Source: an uncultured Candidatus Rokubacteria bacterium
Lineage (GTDB): Bacteria; Methylomirabilota; Methylomirabilia; Rokubacteriales; CSP1-6
Assembly: GCA_963771355.1 (NCBI GenBank)
Contig: CAVYTA010000006.1
Span: 1,824,001 to 1,888,000 of the forward strand
DNA: 64,000 nucleotides
Reading direction: 5' to 3'
Part shown: positions 9,078 through 18,389 of the stretch, in pieces
Position numbering within the stretch: position 1 is the first letter of the stretch
How the letters are laid out: each line of letters begins with the position of its first letter
The notes under the pieces: generated by a model
The model's database searches: none
Told to the model about the DNA's origin: nothing
Seen by the model: the letters and a program-made list of their open reading frames with translations, nothing else
Position numbers and translations under genes: made by a program

Positions 9078-10751
9078 CTAGAACAGGCCGGTGATGCGGC
9101 CGTCGGGCGTGACGTCCACTCCTTCCGCGTTGGGCTTCCGCGGAAAGCCGGGCATGGTCGTGATGTCGCCCGTGATCGCCACGAGGAAGCCCGCCCCCGC
9201 CGAGACGTAGAAGTCGTTCACCGTGATCTTGAATCCGCGCGGCCGGCCGAGCAGGGTCGGGTCGTCGGAGAGCGACCGCTGGGTCTTGGCCACGCAGACG
9301 GGAAGGCCGCCATAGCCCAGCGCCTCCAGCTCCGCGATCTGCCGCTCCACCCGGCCGGGATAGACCACGCCGTCGGCGCCGTAGATGCGCCGCGCGATGG
9401 TGTCGAGCTTGGCCTTCACCGGCTGATCCAGGGAGTACAGCGGCGTGAAGTCGGAGGGCTCGCGGGCGAGGAGCTCGCGGAGCCCCTTGGCCAGATCCCC
9501 GCCGCCGTCCCCACCCCGCGCGAAGATGTCGGCCACATGCACGCGGACGCCCAGCTTGGCGCAGTGCTCGGCCACCAGCTGGTACTCGCGCTCGGTGTCG
9601 CTCGGATAGCGGTTCAGCCCGACGATGGCGGGCACCTTGAACTGCCGGATGATCTCCACGTGGGCATCGAGGTTGGCGAGCCCGCGCCGGAGCGCGTCCA
9701 GGTTCTCCGGCTCCAGGTCTTTCACCGCCACCCCGCCGTGATACTTCAGCGCCCGGCAGGTGGCGACGATCATGGCCGCGTCCGGGCGCAGCCCCGCCAG
9801 CCGGCACTTGATGTCGAAGAACTTCTCCGCGCCGAGGTCGGTGGCGAAGCCCGCCTCGGTGAGACAGATATCCCCGAGCTTCAGCGCCAGCCGGGTCGCC
9901 ACCACCGAGTTGCAGCCATGCGCGATATTGGCGAAGGGGCCGCCGTGGACCAGCGCGGGCGTGCCCTCCATGGTCTGCACGAGATTGGGGTGGATGGCGT
10001 CACGCAGCAGCGCGGCCATCGCGCCGGTGACGTGGAGGGCGTCCGCGGGCACCGCCTTGCCGTCCCGGGTCAGCGCCACCACCATGCGGCCCAGCCGCTG
10101 CTTGAGATCCGCCAGGCTCTCGGAGAGGCAGAGCACGGCCATGATCTCGGAGGCGGCGGTGATGAGGAAGCCGCCCTCCCGGGGCACCCCGTCCATGCGC
10201 CCGCCCAGCCCCACCACCACCTTCCGCAGCGCGCGGTCGTTGACGTCCAGCGCCCGCTTCCAGAGCACCTGGCGCACGTCGATGCCGAGCGCATTGCCGT
10301 GATGGAGGTGATTGTCCAGCGCGGCGGCCAGGAGATTGTTGGCGGCGGTGATCGCGTGAAAGTCTCCGGTGAAGTGGAGGTTGATCTCGTCCATGGGCAC
10401 GATCTGTGAGCGCCCGCCGCCGGTGCCGCCGCCCTTGAGGCCGAGCGTGGGCCCGATGGACGGCTCGCGCAGCGCGATGACCGGCCGCGCGCCCGCGCTC
10501 CAGAGCGCCTGGCCCAGCCCGATGGTCATGGTGGTCTTGCCGTCTCCCGCCGGGGTGGGCGTGATGGAGGAGACGACCACGAGCTTGCCGTCGGGCCGGG
10601 ACCGGCGCGCCTCCAGCGCGCTCAGGTGGACCTTGGCCTTGGTGTGGCCGTAGGGCAGCCACTCCGACTCGGCGAGACCGAGGTCGGCGGCCACCGCCCG
10701 GATCGGGCGCGGGGGGCTAGGCTCGAACGGCGGGGGGGTCGAGGTCGCCAT
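9078..10751 (-). CDS. fhs: Formate--tetrahydrofolate ligase
   Basis: TPTPAGDGKTT, INLHFTGDFHAI, HGGPFANIAHG, TEAGF motifs; 557 aa. Confidence 0.97.
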   Translation of the reverse strand: MATSTPPPFEPSPPRPIRAVAADLGLAESEWLPYGHTKAKVHLSALEARRSRPDGKLVVVSSITPTPAGDGKTTMTIGLGQALWSAGARPVIALREPSIGPTLGLKGGGTGGGRSQIVPMDEINLHFTGDFHAITAANNLLAAALDNHLHHGNALGIDVRQVLWKRALDVNDRALRKVVVGLGGRMDGVPREGGFLITAASEIMAVLCLSESLADLKQRLGRMVVALTRDGKAVPADALHVTGAMAALLRDAIHPNLVQTMEGTPALVHGGPFANIAHGCNSVVATRLALKLGDICLTEAGFATDLGAEKFFDIKCRLAGLRPDAAMIVATCRALKYHGGVAVKDLEPENLDALRRGLANLDAHVEIIRQFKVPAIVGLNRYPSDTEREYQLVAEHCAKLGVRVHVADIFARGGDGGGDLAKGLRELLAREPSDFTPLYSLDQPVKAKLDTIARRIYGADGVVYPGRVERQIAELEALGYGGLPVCVAKTQRSLSDDPTLLGRPRGFKITVNDFYVSAGAGFLVAITGDITTMPGFPRKPNAEGVDVTPDGRITGLF

Positions 10752-11139
10752 CGGGCATGATCTCCTTGAGCCAGTCGGGCAGCGCGATCATCTTCTGGGA
10801 CCGGGGGTCCCAGCACGCGTGGCGCGTGTGGCCGTGCGCGACCAGCTCGCGCTTCTCATTGTGGATCTCGTACTTGAAGGTGAAGCTGGCGCGCCGCCGC
10901 TCGCTCACGCGAGAGGTGACGTCGAGGAGATCGTCGAGGAGGGCGGGCCGGGCGTAGTGCACGCAGGCCTCCACCACCGGCATGTGGATGCGCCGATCCA
11001 CCTCGGACATGGGCAGGCCCCGCTCGCGGAGATACTCCACGCGCGCGACCTCGAAGAAAGTGAGGTAGTTGCCGTAGTAGACCACCGACATGGTGTCGGT
11101 GTCCTTGTAGCGCACGCGGATGCTGGTGTGGGACGGCAT
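10717..11139 (-). CDS. Acyl-CoA thioesterase, YbgC/4HBT family
   Basis: RVRYKDTDTMSVVYYGNYLTFFEVAR hotdog motif. Confidence 0.92.
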   Translation of the reverse strand: MPSHTSIRVRYKDTDTMSVVYYGNYLTFFEVARVEYLRERGLPMSEVDRRIHMPVVEACVHYARPALLDDLLDVTSRVSERRRASFTFKYEIHNEKRELVAHGHTRHACWDPRSQKMIALPDWLKEIMPDGDLDPPAVRA

Positions 11140-11159
11140 CGAGAGCGGAGGACCGCCGA

Positions 11160-12143
11160 TCAGAGGTACTGGCCGTAGCGGGTCTTCTCCACGACCTCCC
11201 GGATTCGCCGATAGCCGTCCAGCTGCTGGAGGAGATCCTGCGTGGTGACCAGTCCGGCGTCCCGCCCCTCGCCCGCCGCCTGCACCTTCTGCTCCAGCGC
11301 GCGCCGGAACACCTCCGAGATCTCCGCGCCGCTCATCCCCCCCATCGGGGGCAGCAGCGAGCGGTAGTCGATCTCGTCGAAGAGAGGACGCCCGGCCTTG
11401 GCCTCCGCGCGCTCGCGCACGAGCTGGAGGATCTCCTGCTGGGCGGCGCCGTCGGGCAGGGCCACCTCGACCAGGCGGTCCAGGCGGCCGGGCTCCACGA
11501 GGGAGCGATCCACCGAGTCGGTGCGGTTGGTGGAGGCCACCACCAGCATGCGCGCGGACTCGTCGAGCCCGTCGAGCTTCTCGCAGAGCGCGGCCACCAG
11601 GCGCGCGCTGGACTCGCGGGCCTGGGCGGGCGGCAGCAGGTGCTCGAGCGAGAGCGCGTTGGCCTCGTCGAGATAGACCACCGCCTTGCCCTCGGTCTTG
11701 GCGATGTTGATGATCTCCTGGAGCAGCTCACCGGTGTTCGGACCGAACTTCGAGGTGAGGTTCATCATCTTCAGGTGGTAGAAGATGGCGCCCGCGCTGG
11801 TGGCGAGCGCCCGCGCGAGCATGGTCTTGCCGGTCCCCCGCGGGCCGTAGAGCAGGATGCCCCGGGGCGGGCTGATCCCCCACTTCCGATAGAGATCGGG
11901 CTCGGTGAGCGCGGTGGTGAAGCCCCGGATGGCGGCCTTGGCCTGCGGAATCCCGCCGATGTGCTCGAACGGCGTGTCCGGCTTGATCGTCACCACCACC
12001 CGGCCGCTGAGATCGCCGAACTTCTCCCCCAGCTTGGTGAAGACGTCCTCGATGCGGCGCTGGATGGCCCACTGCTGGCCCTCCGGCTCGGGCGTGGAGG
12101 CTCGTCCCGAGGGGCCGGCGTCGCGCGGGAGCTCGTCGGCCAT
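11160..12143 (-). CDS. Single-domain classic-clade AAA+ ATPase with C-terminal GQYL motif
   Basis: FEHIGG, GILLYGPRGTGKT (Walker A), VYLDE (Walker B), STNR...EPGRLD (second region of homology); ends EKTRYGQYL-stop. Confidence 0.9.
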   Translation of the reverse strand: MADELPRDAGPSGRASTPEPEGQQWAIQRRIEDVFTKLGEKFGDLSGRVVVTIKPDTPFEHIGGIPQAKAAIRGFTTALTEPDLYRKWGISPPRGILLYGPRGTGKTMLARALATSAGAIFYHLKMMNLTSKFGPNTGELLQEIINIAKTEGKAVVYLDEANALSLEHLLPPAQARESSARLVAALCEKLDGLDESARMLVVASTNRTDSVDRSLVEPGRLDRLVEVALPDGAAQQEILQLVRERAEAKAGRPLFDEIDYRSLLPPMGGMSGAEISEVFRRALEQKVQAAGEGRDAGLVTTQDLLQQLDGYRRIREVVEKTRYGQYL

Positions 12144-12145
12144 GG

Positions 12146-12682
12146 TCAGATCCTGGGCCCGCTGGGTGGAGGGGACGACGGCGGGCGCTCCGACTTCTCG
12201 AACACCTTGTCCTCGACCAGCACCGGCGCGCCCGCGCGAATGGCCAGGGCGATGGCGTCGGAGGGGCGCGTGTCCAGCGCGAAGCTCTCGCCGCGCGCGG
12301 TGAGGTGGAGCACCGCGTAGTAGATGTCGTCGCGTAGGTCGGTGATCACCACGCGGGTGACGGTCACGTCGAGCCGCCCGAAGAGGGTGAGAAACAGGTC
12401 GTGGGTGAGCGGGCGCGGGGGGGTCCGCTTCGCCAGCGGAAACGCGATCCCGGTGGCCTCGGCGGGCCCGATGGACATTGCGAGGGTGCGTCCGTCGCGA
12501 CGGCCCTCGAGGACCACGGTGGGCACGCCGGTCTGCGGGCTCAACACCACCCCGAGCACCGTGACCTCCTGAGCGCCGGCGGCGCGCGGAGCCGGCGTGT
12601 CACCGTGGCCGCTCACGGCCACGAGCAGCACGCCACCGCCGAGCAGCAAGGCCAGGAACGGCATCCGTCTCGGGTTGGGCAT
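12146..12682 (-). CDS. Bifunctional nuclease family (DUF151) protein with an N-terminal hydrophobic segment
   Basis: IGPAEA, PPRPLTHDL and DTRPSDAIALA motifs; probable start MPNPRR at 12682. Confidence 0.88.
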   Translation of the reverse strand: MPNPRRMPFLALLLGGGVLLVAVSGHGDTPAPRAAGAQEVTVLGVVLSPQTGVPTVVLEGRRDGRTLAMSIGPAEATGIAFPLAKRTPPRPLTHDLFLTLFGRLDVTVTRVVITDLRDDIYYAVLHLTARGESFALDTRPSDAIALAIRAGAPVLVEDKVFEKSERPPSSPPPSGPRI

Positions 12683-12722
12683 GTGCGTCCTCCGCGCCCG
12701 CCGTCCGCGCGAGCGCTCACGC

Positions 12723-12751
12723 AGTATCGGCCGCGGCCCGGGGCAAGTCAA
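12723..12751 (-). promoter_or_regulatory. Sigma70-type promoter for the DUF151-AAA-thioesterase-fhs operon
   Basis: TTGACT-N17-GATACT on the minus strand. Confidence 0.5.
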
Positions 12752-12752
12752 C

Positions 12753-14017
12753 TCAGCGGTCGGCGGAGAGCTTCGCGGCGGCGGCGCTCTGGGCGGCGCG
12801 CGTGGGGGGCAAGATCTCGGGCACGCGGACCACGCCCGGACCCGGCGCGAGCCGATAGCTCGCGACGATCCCGCCGGACATCACCACCGCGAGCGCGATC
12901 CACATGAAGGAGTAGCCGGCGCCATGCGCGAAGATAGCCGAAGACGACGGCGCCGACCGCATTGCCGAGCAGGCACACCGCACTGAAGATGCCCACCGCG
13001 GTGGCGCGCCGCGCCTCGGGTGTCACGTCCACGAGCAGCGCGGACAGCGCGGGATAGAGAAATCCATGTGCCGCGCCCCCCAGGAGACCGGCGAGGAAGA
13101 TGAACGGCAGCACGGGGACCCGCACCCCGGGCCCCACCGCCCCCGCGAGGAGCGCGAAGATGCACACCGCGGCGGCGAAGATGATCATGCACGGCACGAT
13201 CACGGCGCGGCGGCCCCGCGTGTCGATGAGGTCACCGCCGAAGACGCGCACTGCCACCGCGGAGACGGAGTACGCGGTGTAGAAGAGGCCGAGGCCCGTC
13301 ACGCCGAGCTGCTCGGCAAACGTGGGCACGAAGGTGAACAGCGTCCCGGTGCCCAGGCCGAAGAAGAAGCCGAGCACCATGTGCACGCGGTAGAGCTCCT
13401 CGCAATCCCTCGCGGAGCTCTTCGAGGCCCGGGCCGCCGCCCGGCTCGGGCGGGCGGATCCCCCGCGTGCGCAGGATGATGGTGAACGCCCCGGCGGCCA
13501 GGAGCGCCGCCAGGACGAAGCACCAGCGAAAGCCCGCTTGCCGGATCACGGCCTCGCCGAGGAGCGGGGCCAGCGCGGTGGAGGTGAGACCGGAGAGGCC
13601 GAAGATGCCCAGCGCCCAGCCCCGGCGGTCGATCGGCACCAGATCCACGATGTGGATGTAGCTGGCCACGAAGAAGGCGGAGAAGGCGAGCCCCTGCAGG
13701 GCGCGCAGCACGGCGTGGAGCGGGATGGAATGGCTCAGCAGGAAGCCCACCGCCGAGAGCGCGAGCAGCAGCGCACCCAGGCGCATGAAGAAGCCGCGGC
13801 CGAGGCGATTCACCCACAATCCCACCAAGGGCTGGAACAGGATCCCGGCCAGGCTGTACGCGCCCTGGACGAGGCCCACGTGCGCCTCGTCGCCGCCCAT
13901 TTGCTGGACGTGGATGGGCAAGAGGAGGAAGAGGTTCATGCTCATGAAGAAGAGAAAGTTCATGAGCATGGCCTCGAGGAACGGCCGGCTCACGAGCAGC
14001 GGAACGGCCGAGGTCAC
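12753..14017 (-). pseudogene. MFS transporter with two 1-nt frameshifts (possibly sequencing errors)
   Basis: Three frames join into a 12-TM MFS (GLWVNRLGR, GDLIDTRGRR motif A copies). One extra base near 13400 (LR/ELYRVHM) and one near 12931 (GY/FAHGAGY). GTG start is uncertain. Confidence 0.8.
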
Positions 14018-14172
14018 GCGCGTTGCGGCGAGGCGGGGCGGGACAGTAGAATGACGGCCGCCATGAGACACGCGAAGTGTAGCACGCGGGCGCGCGCCTG
14101 ATCACCATCGCCGCCGCGCTCGCCGCCGCCGCCACGCTCGGCCCCGACGGGCGCGGGCGTTTCGACGCGCCT

Positions 14173-14952
14173 ATGGTTCTGCAGAGCTGGCCCGGCATCG
14201 TGCACGGCGGCGGGCTCGTCGCCATTCTCGACGCCGCCGCGCGCGCGCTCGGCGCCCGCGACGAGCCGCGGGTGATCGAGGGCCGGCTCACGTCGTCGGT
14301 GCCCGTGGCCACCGCGCTGGTGCTGGAAGGCTCCGCGCGTGCCGAGGGCGCGCTGGTCACCATTCTCCAGGACGGCCAGACCTTGACCTCGGCCTCGGTG
14401 CGGCCCTCGCCGGCGGCGCCGGTGACCGCGCCGCCGGCGCCGGGACCGCGTGACGGGACCACGCTGCCCATGTCCGACGACTGCCTCGCCTGCGGAGCCC
14501 GTAATCCCCTGGGACTCCAGCAGACGCTCCGCTTCGACGCGGACGGCGTCTGGGCGCGCCTGGTGCCTCGCGGGCCCTGGCGGCTGGACGACGGCCGGGT
14601 TCATGCCGCCCTCGCCCCGGTGATCCTCGACGAGGTGGCGTGGTGGCTGGGCGCGCTGGTAATGCGGGAAGGGGGACTGACCAACCGGATCCAGGTGGCG
14701 TTCCACGCCCCCACCCTGCCGGCGACGGGCTCGCTCCTCGCGGCCGGGCGCTTCGCCGATGTCACTCCGGTAGACCGCAAGCGCACCTTCTGGCGGACGA
14801 CCTGCGCGCTCTTCGATGAAGGCGGCCGCACCCTCGCGGAGGCCGTCATCGTCTTTCGCGGCGGGCCGGAGTGGTCGGCGCGACAGATTCCCTACTTCAA
14901 GGCCCGGGCCGATGCCGCGACCTTCGCCCGGATGTTCCCGAACTACAGCTGA
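14173..14952 (+). CDS. Double hotdog-fold thioesterase-like protein
   Basis: QSWPGIVHGGGLVAILD and CLACGARNPLGL...VHAALAPVILDE PaaI-like motifs; the frame is open back to about 14083, so the start is uncertain. Confidence 0.75.
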   Translation: MVLQSWPGIVHGGGLVAILDAAARALGARDEPRVIEGRLTSSVPVATALVLEGSARAEGALVTILQDGQTLTSASVRPSPAAPVTAPPAPGPRDGTTLPMSDDCLACGARNPLGLQQTLRFDADGVWARLVPRGPWRLDDGRVHAALAPVILDEVAWWLGALVMREGGLTNRIQVAFHAPTLPATGSLLAAGRFADVTPVDRKRTFWRTTCALFDEGGRTLAEAVIVFRGGPEWSARQIPYFKARADAATFARMFPNYS

Positions 14953-15545
14953 GCCGCGGAGCCCTTCGCCTTGAGCCGCTGGACCAGCTCGCCGTAGCCG
15001 GACGTGCGGATCACCTTGTCGAACTGGGTCCGGAAGTTGCCGATCAGGCTCACCCCCTCCACCTGCACGTCGTAGACGCGCCAGCGCCCGTCCCGGTTCA
15101 CGAGCCGGTAATCGATGGGGACTTCCTGACCCTGCCGGGTGATGATGCGCGTGTTCACGACACCGAGGTTACCGTCCACCTTCTCGCCCGTGAAGCGCAC
15201 GGGCTCCCCGTTATAGCGCTCCACCTGGTTCATGTAGGAGCGCTGGATGAGGTTGCGAAACAGGTCCACGAACTCCGCGCGCTCGGCCTCGCTGCGCGGC
15301 TGCCAGTGCACGCCCAGGGAGCGGCTCGCCATCTCGCGCCAGTCGAACGCCGGCTCGGCCACCGACCGGATGGCCTCCTGCCGCCGCGCCGCGTCCAGCC
15401 CGTTCTTGCCCGTTTCCTCGATGACGCTCAGGACACGCTCGAGGTCCCCCTTGAACTGATCGGTGAGCGGACCCGCCCCGACCGTCGGTGCGGCGGCGAG
15501 CCACACCGTCAACAGCGCAGCGACGAGAACTGCGACGCGGCGCAT
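14943..15545 (-). CDS. mlaC: MlaC/Ttg2D family phospholipid-binding periplasmic protein
   Basis: Signal peptide; FDWREMASRSLG and WRVYDVQVEGVSLIGNFRTQF motifs. Confidence 0.9.
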   Translation of the reverse strand: MRRVAVLVAALLTVWLAAAPTVGAGPLTDQFKGDLERVLSVIEETGKNGLDAARRQEAIRSVAEPAFDWREMASRSLGVHWQPRSEAERAEFVDLFRNLIQRSYMNQVERYNGEPVRFTGEKVDGNLGVVNTRIITRQGQEVPIDYRLVNRDGRWRVYDVQVEGVSLIGNFRTQFDKVIRTSGYGELVQRLKAKGSAAQL

Positions 15546-15548
15546 GCG

Positions 15549-15905
15549 TCAGTCGAACAGCTTGGTGAAGAAGCTCTTCACCGAGTGCCCGAACGACGAG
15601 GCGCCTTCCTTCACGTGCTGCCAGGAGCTCTTGGCCCCCGGCTCCGCGGCCTTGCCCGCCTCCTTGAACTTCTCACCCGTGTACTTGGCGCCCTCCTCGA
15701 CGGTCTTGCCCACGCCCTTGGCCGTCTCCTCGGCGCCCTTGCCCACCTCACCGTCGCCGATCTTCTTCGCGCCCGTCTCCACCTGCTGGGTCGCGCCCTT
15801 GACCTTGGTATCATCGGCGGCCGGCGCGGGCGACGCCGCGAGTAGGAACGCCGCCAGGGTGGCCGGCGGGATGGCCAGGGACAGGGACCGCATTCGCTTG
15901 CTCAT
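15549..15905 (-). CDS. Secreted hydrophilic helical-repeat (LEA-like) hypothetical protein
   Basis: AGGAGG RBS, signal peptide, K/E/G/A-rich repeats (VGKGAEETAKGVGKTVEEGAK). Confidence 0.7.
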   Translation of the reverse strand: MSKRMRSLSLAIPPATLAAFLLAASPAPAADDTKVKGATQQVETGAKKIGDGEVGKGAEETAKGVGKTVEEGAKYTGEKFKEAGKAAEPGAKSSWQHVKEGASSFGHSVKSFFTKLFD

Positions 15906-16031
15906 GATCAAGCCCTCCTGCGGACAGGAGAAGCAAGCGGCGTTCCCACCAGGAAGTGATTGATTTACCAAGGAGTCTCCCCGGTAGGAGAGTCAGCCTG
16001 GTCATGCGGCGAGTAAAAGTTACGCGTCGAC

Positions 16032-16877
16032 TCAGGCAGGGCGGGTGCTTCGCGCCTCGGCGATCCGGACGGACAGGGCCTCCCACACGGCGAGCGGGAT
16101 GGCCGGATCGCCCAGCTGGCTTGCCCGGACGCGCGGCCCGTGGAAATCGGAGCCGCCGGTGGCGACCAGACCGTACTGACGGCAGAGCTCCACGTAGGAG
16201 CCGGTCCTGGCCGCCGAATGCTCGGGGTAGTAGCACTCGATCCCCATGAGGCCGGCCCGCACCAGGCCCGGAATGAGCTCGTCACGCCCGGCGAGCCCCG
16301 GGTGCGCGAAGACGGGCACGCCGCCCGCACGGCGCAGCAGCCGCACCGCATCCTCCGGCGTGAGCTTCTTGCGGGGCACGTGGCCGGGCTTGCCGGCGGC
16401 GAGATAGCGGTCGAAGGCGTCGCGCACGCTCTTCACGTAGCCGCGCTGCACCATGATCTGCGCCACGTGCGGGCGCCCCGCCGAGCCCTCCTTGACGATC
16501 GCGAACACCGCCTCCGGATCGATGGGCAGGCCCAGCGTCGCCAGGCGCTCCGCCATCCGGTACACGCGCTCGCGGCGCTCCGCCCGCTGGGCGCGGCAGA
16601 ATTCCTGGAACCAGGACGCCTCGTAGTCCATGCCGTAGCCGAGGACGTGGATCTCGGCGCCCTCGACGTCGCAGTTGATCTCGATGCCGGGGACGATGAC
16701 GAGCGGCCGGAGCGTCTCCGCCTCCGCCATAGCGTCCGCCAGGCCCTCGGTGGAGTCGTGGTCCGTGACGGCGAGGACGCGCACGCCGCGGCGCGCCGCC
16801 TCGCGGGCCAGCTCCCGCGGCGACAGCGTGCCGTCCGACGCCGTGGTGTGGGAGTGCAGATCCACCGCGCCCGCCAT
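16032..16877 (-). CDS. PHP domain phosphoesterase (TrpH/YciV-like)
   Basis: DLHSHT, TDHD, AHP and GGSDFHG motifs. Confidence 0.93.
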   Translation of the reverse strand: MAGAVDLHSHTTASDGTLSPRELAREAARRGVRVLAVTDHDSTEGLADAMAEAETLRPLVIVPGIEINCDVEGAEIHVLGYGMDYEASWFQEFCRAQRAERRERVYRMAERLATLGLPIDPEAVFAIVKEGSAGRPHVAQIMVQRGYVKSVRDAFDRYLAAGKPGHVPRKKLTPEDAVRLLRRAGGVPVFAHPGLAGRDELIPGLVRAGLMGIECYYPEHSAARTGSYVELCRQYGLVATGGSDFHGPRVRASQLGDPAIPLAVWEALSVRIAEARSTRPA

Positions 16878-16886
16878 GCGTCCGCC

Positions 16887-18389
16887 CTAGCGTCGGCTGC
16901 CGGCGGCCCGGGTGAGGTAGGCGATGAGGGTGCGCACCGTCACGCCGGTACCGCCCTTGGGCCCCAGGGTCCCGTCCCGCTCGGCGTACGCGGTGCCGGC
17001 GATGTCGAGATGCGCCCACGGCACGCCCCCGGTGAACTCACGCATGAAGAGCGCGGCGACGATGGAGCCCGCGCCTCGCTGGCTCGAGATGTTGTTGAGG
17101 TCGGCGATGTCGCTCTTGAGCCCGTCCTTGTAGTCGTCGTGGAGGGGAAGCCGCCACATCCGCTCCCCCGATGCCTGGGACCCCGCGAGGAGACGCTGGG
17201 CGAGGCCGTCCTGGGTCGCGAAGAGGCCGGTCACCTGCTGGCCCAGCGCGATCACCACCGCCCCGGTCAGGGTGGCCATGTCGACCATCTCGTCGGGCTT
17301 GATCTCCTTGGCCGCGTAGGACAGCGCGTCGGCCAGCGTGAGCCGGCCCTCGGCGTCGGTATTCCCGATCTCGATGGTGAGCCCGTTCAGGGCGCGGACG
17401 ATGTCGCCCGGCCGCTGGGCGGTGCCCGACGGCATGTTCTCGGTGGCGGCGATGAGACCGTGGACCTCGACGGGCAGGCGCAGCTTGGGGAGCGCCTGGA
17501 AGAGGCCGAGGACGGCGGCGGCCCCCCCCATGTCGTCCTTCATGCGCAGCATCCCGTCGGCGGACTTGAGATCGAGGCCGCCGGAGTCGAAGGTGATGCC
17601 CTTGCCGATGATCGCCACCTTGCGCCGCGCGCGGCGGCGGGGCGCATAGGTGAGGTGGATGAACTGGGGCGGCTCCTGGCTGCCCTGGGCCACGCCGAGA
17701 AAGGCGCCCATGCCGAGCTTCGCGCACTCCTCGCGGTCCAGCACGCGGACGCGGAGACGGCCGGCCCGCGCGATCTCACGCGCGTGCTCGGCGAGGGAGG
17801 TCGGCGTCACCACGTTGGCGGGCTCGTTGACGAGGTCGCGCGCCAGGGTGGTGGCGGCGGCGCCGATCTCGCCGAGCCGCGCGCCCTCGCGGGCGGCCGC
17901 GCCCTGGCGGGCATCCGGCTCCAGCACGGTCAGGCCGGTGAGCACCTTGGCGCTCTTCTCCTTGAGGTACTTGTCGAACCGGTACGTGCCCAGCAGCGCG
18001 CCCTCCACCGTGGCCTGGGCCCGGGCACGCGCCGGGAGTCCCTCCGCGGCGCAATACATGGCCACGGTGGCGGCGCCGAGGTCGCGGGCGCGCCTCGCCG
18101 CAGTGGCGGCGGCGTTGCGCACCGCATCGGAATCCGCCTCGCGACGCGGTCCCAGTCCCACCACCATCACGCGCGCGGCGGGCAGCTTGCCATTGGTGAA
18201 GAAATAGGAGACCTGACCCGGCTTCCCCTCGAACTTCTCGGCGGCGAGCACTCGCGAGAGGAGTCCGCCCAGCCGTGCGTCCACCGCCGCCAGCTCGGGG
18301 CCGGGCCGCGCTGCGTCGCTGTGGCGTCCCAGCACGAGCACGTCGGCGCGCGCCTCCAGGGGCTTCCGGATCTGGACGGAGACTCTCAT
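16887..18389 (-). CDS. pepA: Leucyl aminopeptidase (M17)
   Basis: GKGITFDSGG, MKDDMGG and NTDAEGRL signature. Confidence 0.96.
   Translation of the reverse strand: MRVSVQIRKPLEARADVLVLGRHSDAARPGPELAAVDARLGGLLSRVLAAEKFEGKPGQVSYFFTNGKLPAARVMVVGLGPRREADSDAVRNAAATAARRARDLGAATVAMYCAAEGLPARARAQATVEGALLGTYRFDKYLKEKSAKVLTGLTVLEPDARQGAAAREGARLGEIGAAATTLARDLVNEPANVVTPTSLAEHAREIARAGRLRVRVLDREECAKLGMGAFLGVAQGSQEPPQFIHLTYAPRRRARRKVAIIGKGITFDSGGLDLKSADGMLRMKDDMGGAAAVLGLFQALPKLRLPVEVHGLIAATENMPSGTAQRPGDIVRALNGLTIEIGNTDAEGRLTLADALSYAAKEIKPDEMVDMATLTGAVVIALGQQVTGLFATQDGLAQRLLAGSQASGERMWRLPLHDDYKDGLKSDIADLNNISSQRGAGSIVAALFMREFTGGVPWAHLDIAGTAYAERDGTLGPKGGTGVTVRTLIAYLTRAAGSRR

Noticed and set aside
14014..14101. 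Mirror-image short uORFs (MAAVILLSRPASPQRA on minus, MRHAKCSTRARA on plus), each ending on the next gene's possible start
   Set aside because: Starts are uncertain, the region is near frameshift-prone sequence and there is no RBS; chance occurrence is plausible.
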